A stretch of DNA of 64,000 nucleotides from Nemertoderma westbladi (taxonomy: Eukaryota > Animalia > Xenacoelomorpha), in NCBI GenBank assembly GCA_032718475.1, contig JAUCBJ010006444.1:38886-102885 (forward strand), written 5' to 3'. A program made the translations under genes and the position numbers. Below are positions 12,639 through 23,598 of this stretch, piece after piece (the first letter of the stretch is position 1; each line of letters starts with the position of its first letter). A model generated the notes under the pieces. It was given only the letters and a program-made list of their open reading frames with translations, was not told the origin of the DNA and searched no databases.

Positions 12639-15084
12639 CGGCCCTTATATGCCAAAACCGTCTATCTCATTTTTACATAGTTTTGAGAAAAACGCAAAAT
12701 ACATTCCAGGCCTTTCATTTAATTCCTGATTGGTGGAAATCCTGTGAAATGATGTATCATGAAACTCCTATCTACATAGTGTAATGTGAGATAGAGCGTA
12801 TTTGCTTTTATGTTTTCATAGACATTTGTATGCCAAAACCGTCTATCTCAGAGTTAGTCTGTTTTGGCATGTATAAATTTATTGTTTAACCTGAAGTTTT
12901 AGGCATTCTTACTTGCCAAAACAGACTATCTCAGATATAAACCCTATCTGGCCCGGCTATTTTAATACGTAATTGGTTAGAAAACAAAAATATATTGTGT
13001 TTGGTTTGACAATTCCGAAGGTATATGGGGTTTCGAGGTCTCTGAACACGATGAAACTTGTTAATAATATTTCTCGTACGTCAAAAGTAATTTTTGGGGC
13101 CATTCTGATACCCCAGGATGGAAAGTAGAAGTAGTAAAAATTTCATACGGTTAAATTTTGCCTTTGTTTGGGTAATAATGGTTTTCAAGGTCGCTGATCA
13201 TGATACAACTACTCGTTAAAAATCTTTAGTGGTAATGAAACTTTCGTTTTTAGTGCTTCTCTGGTGGGACGAAAAATGCAACTGTAGCATAAAACTTACA
13301 AATGCCAAAATAGAATTTGGTTGGATAATAGGATATTTTTGAGTCTCATATTCGTGACCAGCTTCTCAGAAAGCCCCTAATGTCATGAAATAAGGTTGAT
13401 TTAGTAATGATTTTTGATTAACAAATTTTTCTACATTTATATTTTTCATGCCGCACATTGACACATTTCCAAAAATGCCATAATCAACAAGGTACGATAT
13501 ATTTCAGTGTCATATTCGTGATCAGCACTCCAGAAAAAATCTAAATTTCAATAAAGGTCATAACATTGGCTTGATTTCATGCTGATTTTCATTACCATGT
13601 CATTACTCATCATCATTACTTGTGTTTTGGTGCGCCAGGGGCACATTCAAAATTATAAAAAAAATTTCTCGAATGTTATATTTGAGTTCTACAATCGTCA
13701 TCAACATCCAAAAAACGCGATATACCGCAAATAAATTTATTTTGGTTAGTCATAAAAACTTTTGAAAATTTTAGCACGAAAAATACTGGAGATGGGTGTC
13801 AGAAAGGTAACAAACATACTGTAGCTATATAAATGGCGTTTGCAATGTTGGATAGCCCATTAAATTTTAGGAAACTAGTAAAACGAGGTACTAGTAAAAG
13901 CATAATTGTTAGGCTAAGGCAAGTTTAGTATCATTATTGTATTGTAGATCATAGAGATAGACTGTTTTGGTAAATAAAAAATGAATAATTATTAGATATT
14001 GAATCCAACGGAATACGACCAGATATAAAAGAATACACAGATAGAATAGAATACACAGATAGAATAGAATACACAGATAGAATAGAATACACAGATAGAA
14101 TAGAATACACAGATAGAATAGAATACACAGATAGAATAGAATACACAGATAGAATAGAATACACAGATAGAATAGAATACACAGATAGAATAGAATACAC
14201 AGATAGAATAGAATACACAGATAGAATAGAATACACAGATAGAATAGAATACACAGATAGAATAGAATACACAGATAGAATAGAATACACAGATAGAATA
14301 GAATACACAGATAGAATAGAATACACAGATAGAATAGAATACACAGATAGAATAGAATACATAGATAGAATAGAATACACAGATAGAATAGAATACACAG
14401 ATAGAATAGAATACACAGATAGAATAGAATACACAGATAGAATAGAATACACAGATAGAATAGAATACACAGATAGAATAGAATACACAGATAGAATAGA
14501 ATACACAGATAGAATAGAATACACAGATAGAATAGAATACACAGATAGAATAGAATACACAGATAGAATAGAATACACAGATAGAATAGAATACACAGAT
14601 AGAATAGAATACACAGATAGAATAGAATACACAGATAGAATAGAATACACAGATAGAATAGAATACACAGATAGAATAGAATACACAGATAGAATAGAAT
14701 ACACAGATAGAATAGAATACACAGATAGAATAGAATACACAGATAGAATAGAATACACAGATAGAATAGAATACACAGATAGACGGTTTCGGCATAAAGG
14801 AAACAATAAAACCAAATTTAATGTTTAATCCCAAATCAATCTTAGTAAAGATTGATGGTTTGGGGATTTACTATTATTGACAGATGTTGAGATAGACGGT
14901 TTTGGCAAAAATATAACTCCTTACGACTTTATAATTACGTCTTAAGACTTGGCTAGAAAGATCTCTCAATCGATCTAGAAAGATCGTTTTTCTGATTCCA
15001 AATATATGCACATGTCATTTTTCAAAAAAATGTAGTTAGACGATTTTGGCATGTAAGGGCCGAGGGCCGAGTGGCCGAGGGCCG
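12639..15084. mobile_element. Non-autonomous TIR DNA element, superfamily unassigned, in DAAM intron
   Basis: CGGCCCTTATATGCCAAAACCGTCTATCT (12639-12667) is inverted at 15034-15062 with ~3 mismatches. Internal copies of the GCCAAAACNGNCTATCTC motif lie at ~12832 and ~12915, and inverted at ~13954, ~14777 and ~14889. No transposase; TSD not resolved. Confidence 0.7.
14030..14783. repeat. 18-bp minisatellite (AGAATACACAGATAGAAT) x~42
   Basis: Nearly perfect tandem array with one C>T variant near 14362; lies inside the TIR element. Confidence 0.98.
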
Positions 15085-15469
15085 TATAATTTAATTAGTA
15101 AGTTTTCCACATAAAATTTTAGATTGTAATATTAATATTTTTCTGTAAAGTAAAAATGTCAGAAAACTGAAAAATTAATATGTGAAAATTTGTAGCTGAT
15201 AATTAGAAGCTGATAATTAGAAGCTGATGATTAGAAGCTGATAATTTCAATTAATCTGAAATGTAATGTATTGTAAATGTAACTGAAATGTATTGTTATT
15301 TATGAGATTTCTTTCAATTCTCACAACATTCATGAAACGGAAACACTTAGTCAGTCACTTTCATGTGATCAGATAATGTCTCATTATATCCCATGTTCCT
15401 ATTCAATTACAGTTTTAAATGTAGCAACTAGCCTATTATTTTTCCAGAACGTATCTGTTTATGTTTCAG

Positions 15470-15667
15470 TTGGGACGTGCCCATGTTATCTCCCATCCAA
15501 CAGCCGTGAACACAGTGTCACAGAGTTTACGCACGGAGAATATCCGCACAAAAACTGCCGTACTCGAAATATTGGGGGCCCTTTGTCTGGTGCCAGGGGG
15601 TCAGAAACGGGTTCTAGAAGCCATGGAATACTACAGGCTATACGCAAACGAAAGAACTCGATTTCAG
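15470..15667 (+). CDS. DAAM: DAAM-family formin, internal exon
   Basis: Flanked by gtttcag| and CAG|gtattt; 198 nt, phase 0/0. Translates [66 protein letters not shown]. Confidence 0.93.
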
Positions 15668-15853
15668 GTATTTTCCTATATTCGAAATTGTAGAACTTTA
15701 TTTGTCGGGTGAGAATTTTATTTACAACGGGTGAGAAACGCGAATGCACTCATTATTACTGAGAATGCCGTATTGTCCGTCGCTTGGACGCCCAGATACG
15801 TGTTACCGGCGTACGGTGACAAAGTGTTACCGGTACATCCGTAACAAGTTGTC

Positions 15854-16270
15854 CACCACTTACTTTCAGTTTAGGTGCGTTACCGGGACATCCGTGACCG
15901 GTCATTCACCACTTACTTTCAGTTCAGGTCCGTTACCGGGACATCCGTGACCGGTCGTTCACCACTTACTTTCAGTTCAGGTCCGTTACCGGGACATCCG
16001 TGACCGGTCGTTCACCACTTACTTTCAGTTTAGGTCCGTTACCGGGACATCCGTGACCGGTCGTTCACCACTTACTTTCAGTTCAGGTCCGTTACCGGGA
16101 CATCCGTGACCGGTCGTTCACCACTTACTTTCAGTTTAGGTCCGTTACCGGGACATCCGTGTCCGGTCGTTCACCACTTACTTTCAGTTTAGGTCCGTTA
16201 CCGGTACATCCGTGACCGGTCGTTCACCACTTACTTTCAGTTTAGGTCCGTTACCGGGACATCCGTGACC
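15854..16270. repeat. 53-bp minisatellite x~8
   Basis: Unit CACCACTTACTTTCAGTT(T/C)AGGTCCGTTACCGGGACATCCGTGACCGGTCGTT; starts at 15854, 15907, 15960 and onward. Confidence 0.97.
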
Positions 16271-16370
16271 ATTCCGTGACGCAGCCCAGGTCCACCCTGG
16301 GAGTAACTAACTATAGAAATGTCCACCCTGTAGTTACCTAAACAATTACTTATTTTATTTTATGTTCTAG

Positions 16371-16465
16371 AATATAATTTACGACTTGGACCGCGGTTCG
16401 GAGCGCTATAGAGACGAAGTTGCGTTTAAGACAGCGATACTAGCCTTCCTGAATGCGGCATTGCG
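16371..16465 (+). CDS. DAAM: DAAM-family formin, internal exon (FH3 start); not in ORF track
   Basis: ttttatgttctag|AATATA...TTGCG|gtaagt; 95 nt. Translates NIIYDLDRGSERYRDEVAFKTAILAFLNAAL(R), in frame with the previous exon and matching the DAAM pattern DLD.S.GRYRDEV.LKTAI.SFINA.L. Confidence 0.9.
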
Positions 16466-19400
16466 GTAAGTTATAGTTGCGGCAATATGTTGCGGTAAAT
16501 TATAGTTGCAGCAATGCGTTGTGGTAAGTTATAGTTGCAGCAATGCGTTGTGGTAAGTTATAGTTGCAGCAATGCGTTGTGGTAAGTTATAGTTGCAGCA
16601 ATGCGTTGCGGTAAGTTATAGTTGCAGCAATGCGTTGTGGTAAATTATAGTTGCAGCAATGCGTTGCGGTAAGTTATAGTTGCAGCAATGCGTTGCGGTA
16701 AGTTATAGTTGCAGCAATGCGTTGCGGTAAGTTATAGTTGCAGCAATGCGTTGTGGTAAGTTATAGTTGCAGCAATGCGTTGTGGTAAATTATAGTTGCA
16801 GCAATGCGTTGTGGTAAGTTATAGTTGCAGCAATGCGTTGTGGTTAGTTATAGTTGCAGCAATGCGTTGCGGTAAGTTATAGTTGCAGCAATGCGTTGTG
16901 GTAAGTTATAGTTGCAGCAATGCGTTGTGGTAAGTTATAGTTGCAGCAATGCGTTGTGGTAAGTTATAGTTGCAGCAATGCGTTGTGGTAAGTTATAGTT
17001 GCAGCAATGCGTTGTGGTAAGTTATAGTTGCAGCAATGCGTTGTGGTAAGTTATAGTTGCAGCAATGCGTTGCGGTAAGTTATAGTTGCAGCAATGCGTT
17101 GTGGTAAGTTATAGTTGCAGCAATGCGTTGTGGTAAGTTATAGTTGCAGCAATGCGTTGTGGTAAGTTATAGTTGCAGCAATGCGTTGTGGTAAATTATA
17201 GTTGCAGCAATGCGTTGCGGTAAGTTATAGTTGCAGCAATGCGTTGCGGTAAGTTATAGTTGCAGCAATGCGTTGCGGTAAGTTATAGTTGCAGCAATGC
17301 GTTGTGGTAAATTATAGTTGCAGCAATGCGTTGCGGTAAGTTATAGTTGCAGCAATGCGTTGTGGTAAGTTATAGTTGCAGCAATGCGTTGTGGTAAGTT
17401 ATAGTTGCAGCAATGCGTTGTGGTAAGTTATAGTTGCAGCAATGTGTTGTGGTAAATTATAGTTGCAGCAATGCGTTGTGGTAAGTTATAGTTGCAGCAA
17501 TGCGTTGCGGTAAGTTATAGTTGCAGCAATGCGTTGCGGTAAGTTATAGTTGCAGCAATGCGTTGCGGTAAGTTATAGTTGCAGCAATGCGTTGCGGTAA
17601 GTTATAGTTGCAGCAATGCGTTGTGGTAAGTTATAGTTGCAGCAATGCGTTGTGGTAAGTTATAGTTGCAGCAATGCGTTGTGGTAAATTATAGTTGCAG
17701 CAATGCGTTGTGGTAAGTTATAGTTGCAGCAATGCGTTGTGGTTAGTTATAGTTGCAGCAATGCGTTGCGGTAAGTTATAGTTGCAGCAATGCGTTGCGG
17801 TAAGTTATAGTTGCAGCAATGCGTTGTGGTAAATTATAGTTGCAGCAATGCGTTGCGGTAAGTTATAGTTGCAGCAATGCGTTATGGTAAGTTATAGTTG
17901 CAGCAATGCGTTGTGGTAAGTTATAGTTGCAGCAATGCGTTGTGGTAAGTTATAGTTGCAGCAATGTGTTGTGGTAAATTATAGTTGCAGCAATGCGTTG
18001 TGGTAAGTTATAGTTGCAGCAATGCGTTGCGGTAAGTTATAGTTGCAGCAATGCGTTGCGGTAAGTTATAGTTGCAGCAATGCGTTGCGGTAAGTTATAG
18101 TTGCAGCAATGCGTTGCGGTAAGTTATAGTTGCAGCAATGCGTTGCGGTAAGTTATAGTTGCAGCAATGCGTTGCGGTAAGTTATAGTTGCAGCAATGCG
18201 TTGCGGTAAGTTATAGTTGCAGCAATGCGTTGCGGTAAGTTATAGTTGCAGCAATGCGTTGTGGTAAATTATAGTTGCACCAATATGTTGCGGTAAATTA
18301 TAGTTGCAGCAATGCGTTGTGGTAAATTATAGTTGCAGCAATGCGTTGCGGTAAGTTATAGTTGCAGCAATGCGTTGCGGTAAGTTATAGTTGCAGCAAT
18401 GCGTTGTGGTAAGTTATAGTTGCAGCAATGCGTTGTGGTAAGTTATAGTTGCAGCAATGCGTTGCGGTAAGTTATAGTTGCAGCAATGCGTTGTGGTAAG
18501 TTATAGTTGCAGCAATGCGTTGTGGTAAGTTATAGTTGCAGCAATGCGTTGTGGTAAATTATAGTTGCAGCAATGCGTTGTGGTAAATTATAGTTGCAGC
18601 AATGCGTTGCGGTAAGTTATAGTTGCAGCAATATGTTGCGGTAAATTATAGTTGCAGCAATGCGTTGCGGTAAGTTATAGTTGCAGCAATGCGTTGCGGT
18701 AAGTTATAGTTGCAGCAATGCGTTGCGGTATGTTATAGTTGCAGCAATGCGTTGTGGTAAATTATAGTTGCAGCAATGCGTTGCGGTAAGTTATAGTTGC
18801 AGCAATGCGTTGTGGTAAGTTATAGTTGCAGCAATGCGTTGTGGTAAGTTATAGTTGCAGCAATGCGTTGTGGTAAATTATAGTTGCAGCAATGCGTTGC
18901 GGTAAGTTATAGTTGCAGCAATGCGTTGTGGTAAATTATAGTTGCACCAATATGTTGCGGTAAATTATAGTTGCAGCAATGCGTTGTGGTAAATTATAGT
19001 TGCAGCAATGCGTTGCGGTAAGTTATAGTTGCAGCAATGCGTTGCGGTAAGTTATAGTTGCAGCAATGCGTTGTGGTAAGTTATAGTTGCATCAATGCGT
19101 TGTGGTAAGTTATAGTTGCAGCAATGCGTTGCGGTAAGTTATAGTTGCAGCAATGCGTTGTGGTAAGTTATAGTTGCAGCAATGTGTTGTGGTAAGTTAT
19201 AGTTGCAGCAATGCGTTGTGGTAAATTATAGTTGCAGCAATGCGTTGTGGTAAATTATAGTTGCAGCAATGCGTTGGGGTAAGTTATAGTTGCAGCAATG
19301 CGTTGTGGTAAGTAATAGTTGCAGCAATGCGTTGTGGTAAGTTATAGTTGCAGCAATGCGTTGTGGTAAGTTATAGTTGCAGCAATGTGTTGTGGTAAAT

Positions 19401-21120
19401 TATAGTTGCAGCAATGCGTTGTGGTAAGTTATAGTTGCAGCAATGCGTTGCGGTAAGTGATAGTTGCAGTAATGCGTTGCGGTAAGTTATAGTTGCAGCA
19501 ATGCGTTGCGGTAAGTTATAGTTGCAGCAATGCGTTGCGGTAAGTTATAGTTGCAGCAATGCGTTGTGGTAAGTTATAGTTGCAGCAATGCGTTGTGGTA
19601 AGTTATAGTTGCAGCAATGCGTTGTGGTAAATTATAGTTGCAGCAATGCGTTGTGGTAAGTTATAGTTGCAGCAATGCGTTGTGGTTAGTTATAGTTGCA
19701 GCAATGCGTTGCGGTAAGTTATAGTTGCAACAATGCGTTGCGGTAAGTTATAGTTGCAGCAATGCGTTGTGGTAAATTATAGTTGCAGCAATGCGTTGCG
19801 GTAAGTTATAGTTGCAGCAATGCGTTGTGGTAAGTTATAGTTGCAGCAATGCGTTGTGGTAAGTTATAGTTGCAGCAATGCGTTGTGGTAAGTTATAGTT
19901 GCAGCAATGTGTTGTGGTAAATTATAGTTGCAGCAATGCGTTGTGGTAAGTTATAGTTGCAGCAATGCGTTGCGGTAAGTTATAGTTGCAGCAATACGTT
20001 GCGGTAAGTTATAGTTGCAGCAATGCGTTGCGGTAAGTTATAGTTGCAGCAATGCGTTGCGGTAAGTTATAGTTGCAGCAATGCGTTGCGGTAAGTTATA
20101 GTTGCAGCAATGCGTTGCGGTAAGTTATAGTTGCAGCAATGCGTTGCGGTAAGTTATAGTTGCAGCAATGCGTTGTGGTAAATTATAGTTGCACCAATAT
20201 GTTGCGGTAAATTATAGTTGCAGCAATGCGTTGTGGTAAATTATAGTTGCAGCAATGCGTTGCGGTAAGTTATAGTTGCAGCAATGCGTTGCGGTAAGTT
20301 ATAGTTGCAGCAATGCGTTGTGGTAAGTTATAGTTGCAGCAATGCGTTGTGGTAAGTTATAGTTGCAGCAATGCGTTGCGGTAAGTTATAGTTGCAGCAA
20401 TGCGTTGTGGTAAGTTATAGTTGCAGCAATGCGTTGTGGTAAGTTATAGTTGCAGCAATGCGTTGTGGTAAATTATAGTTGCAGCAATGCGTTGTGGTAA
20501 ATTATAGTTGCAGCAATGCGTTGCGGTAAGTTATAGTTGCAGCAATATGTTGCGGTAAATTATAGTTGCAGCAATGCGTTGCGGTAAGTTATAGTTGCAG
20601 CAATGCGTTGCGGTAAGTTATAGTTGCAGCAATGCGTTTCGGTAAGTTATAGTTGCAGCAATGCGTTGTGGTAAATTATAGTTGCAGAAATGCGTTGCGG
20701 TAAGTTATAGTTGCAGCAATGCGTTGTGGTAAGTTATAGTTGCAGCAATGCGTTGTGGTAAGTTATAGTTGCAGCAATGCGTTGTGGTAAATTATAGTTG
20801 CAGCAATGCGTTGCGGTAAGTTATAGTTGCAGCAATATGTTGCGGTAAATTATAGTTGCAGCAATGTGTTGCGGTAAGTTATAGTTGCAGCAATGCGTTG
20901 CGGTAAGTTATAGTTGCAGCAATGCGTTTCGGTAAGTTATAGTTGCAGCAATGCGTTGTGGTAAATTATAGTTGCAGCAATGCGTTGCGGTAAGTTATAG
21001 TTGCAGCAATGCGTTGCGGTAAATTATAGTTGCAGCAATGCGTTGTGGTAAATTATAGTTGCAGCAATGCGTTGCGGTAAGTTATAGTTGCAGCAATGCG
21101 TTGCGGTAAGTTATAGTTGC
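16461..21120. repeat. 29-bp satellite TTG(C/T)GGTAA(G/A)TTATAGTTGCAGCAATGCG x~160, starting at the exon/intron junction
   Basis: Period 29 (GT at 16466, 16495 and onward). The first unit overlaps the last 5 nt of the exon and its donor. Confidence 0.98.
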
Positions 21121-21292
21121 CGCATTAGTAGCAGCAACTAATCAATATGAACATTGAGATTCTAAAAGAGTTGGCGAAAATTGAGCTCAGATAGCGGAGT
21201 TCTGTTTCAAAGCAACCTCGACGAACCCGAATTTATATATTAAAATCAAAACCCACCAATATGCAGGAAGTTTCCTTTCGAAAGGAAAAAAA

Positions 21293-21844
21293 CACTCGTG
21301 GACATGGACATGGTGACACGGACACTGACACGATATTAATCACTCGTGGACATGGTGACACGGACACTGACACGATATTAATCACTCGTGGACATGGTGA
21401 CACGGACACTGACACGATATTAATCACTCGTGGACATGGTGACACGGACACTGACACGATATTAATCACTCGTGGACATGGTGACACGGACACTGACACA
21501 ATATTAATCACTCGTGGACGTGGTGACACGGACACTGACACGATATTAATCACTCGTGGACATGGTGACACGGACACTGACACTATATTAATCACTCGTG
21601 GACATGGTGACACGGACACTGACACGATATTAATCACTCGTGGACATGGTGACACGGACACTGACACGATATTAATCACTCGTGGACATGGTGACACGGA
21701 CACTGACACAATATTAATCACTCGTGGACATGGTGACACGGACACTGACACGATATTAATCACTCGTGGACATGGTGACACGGACACTGACACGATATTA
21801 ATCACTCATGGACATGGTGACACGGACACTGACACGATATTAAT
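21293..21844. repeat. 42-bp minisatellite x~13
   Basis: Unit CACTCGTGGACATGGTGACACGGACACTGACACGATATTAAT; starts at 21341, 21383 and onward. Confidence 0.97.
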
Positions 21845-21880
21845 AGATTATGCCAGCTCTGTAATCTCCAAGAAGTGGAT
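21845..21880 (+). pseudogene. LINE ORF2 C-terminal relic, 5' piece (split by BEL insertion)
   Basis: RLCQLCNLQEVD joins in frame to DEYHFVLKCPLY at 40073 once one TSD copy is removed. Confidence 0.8.
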
Positions 21881-23495
21881 TGAAAAGTCCAGTAGTATAC
21901 CGCTTACCGGATCCTAGTAACGATGTATCTTACTGTAAGATCCAGTAATGTATACGGGCTCGTACAGTATCTGGCAACAAATCCCAGTCCAGGGTGTCTA
22001 AATAAACAGATACAAATACGCGAACAACTACTGGCGAGGAACAGAGCCTGGTGTCTATTCTAAGTACGTGAGCGGGTCTAATGCCTACGAACTAGACAAA
22101 AGGATGCCTGTCCTCTAACCGGTGAGGCAGATGTACAGTCTACGGTGACAGACCAAACTCACGAGGAAACAATCCCCGCGCAGCGAATCCTAACTACCGC
22201 TAACGGACCTAAATACCGTAACTTGCCGCGGTGTGATTTATATGGTTTATATACGAGCTAGTGGATTAACAGACTAGCGTAACAATACTGACCTGTACTA
22301 AATCAGTCTAAAGGGGGTCGTGCCTAAAGTAACGATACTGCTGCTCAGACAAACAACAGTCTAATAAGTAAATACTCCTTCTTGCCGTAACTAATTATCA
22401 GATCCTAAATTTACAAACTACGAATAGTAAATTACAAAATAGATTCTGCCTGAAAGTAACCTAAAGTAAGCTACAACTAGTAGAGCTCTAAGGGTACATA
22501 TGTTTTAGGGCGTTTGTGTGTGGGTGTGTTACAAATAAAACAATTTTGGTGTACTCCATTGTACTAGGTTTTAGTGATTTTCTGACCGAAACGATACCGT
22601 GCGATAGCTACGAAAATAAGCTAGTCGCGCTCTGTAGAACTTTTTACTTACAAAATGACATCAAAGCTCTCTCCTTCCTATCCACAACTCAACAAGGCAA
22701 TTACGGTGTTAGTAACTACACCCGTGATCGGCACAAATACCAGATTCTGGTTGTAAGATAAGAAATAGGGGTTAATTGCTACCGTACGTTAGCTGATCTG
22801 GTATACAATTTGATTCTAGAATTTTGTTGCCGCGGTGGTTAGCAGCAATACCTATCAGTACGTGGCAAGGCGCGGTAGGATATTAATAAACCTCCCTAGG
22901 CCAAGCGAGTGCCGGTAGCAGAAATACTCCTTGCCTGATCAAATAACTTGGGTTCAGGCAGGGGGGGGGGGGGGGGGTACTAAATGTATAAACTACGAAA
23001 TGAAACCGGTACCGAACTGTCAGTATCGCAATATGGAACGTATGCTGTCTGTACCTAATGTGTACTTGCGTACTGACGAACACCAATAGTTCACACCTGT
23101 AGGGAATACAGGTTAATCCGGGGACTTGTAGTACTGGTTCCTGTCTGAATCTAGCTATTTGATCCTAAATTTTGCGGCGTCCCAGGACGGCGTCACGCTT
23201 ACCCTGATCTATAGCTCTTACGGCGGGCAAGGGCATCAAACAAAGTCTTACCTTCCTCTGAATCGGGCGCTGCATAGCAAAGGTGGAGTATTTCGAAGGG
23301 GCGAAGGGGATGCGCGGGCTAATCTAATGTGGGTGCTAGCGTGTTGTGGACATCTTCCCTGCGTTGCTTTACAAAATTCTCAGAAGGGTGATAACTAAAA
23401 TGTTATCCTAATGATATTAGTGAGAGAGATGTTAGAAATAACAAGTGTAAGATTAGTGATAACCGAAGGCAAACCAGCCCTTACATAGCAAATCT
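21881..23495 (-). repeat. BEL 3' LTR, truncated and internally deleted
   Basis: Aligns to 38021-39774. Lacks the equivalent of ~39511-39637 and of 39775-40067; no PPT at the 23495/23496 junction. Confidence 0.92.
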
Positions 23496-23598
23496 CCTAA
23501 TCCTTTGTCGAACGGGCTCATCCACACCCTCTAAGACGATTGGGTGGTGTTTGGGATCGAACTGGACTCGGACTTCAGCGTCGAGCTGTCGGTGGTTC

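Noticed and set aside
13949-14834. Long ORFs (SVYSIL)n / (ICVFYS)n
   Set aside because: Artefacts of a stop-free 18-bp minisatellite.
16461-21120. CRISPR-like 29-bp repeat
   Set aside because: No spacers; simple satellite.
21233-21917. ORFs (TRGHGDTDTDTILI)n / (CPRVINIVSVSVSP)n
   Set aside because: 42-bp tandem repeat open on both strands; no independent coding evidence.
22516-23398. Small + strand ORFs duplicated at 38657-39528
   Set aside because: They lie within the LTRs and differ in frame and ending between copies; likely non-coding.
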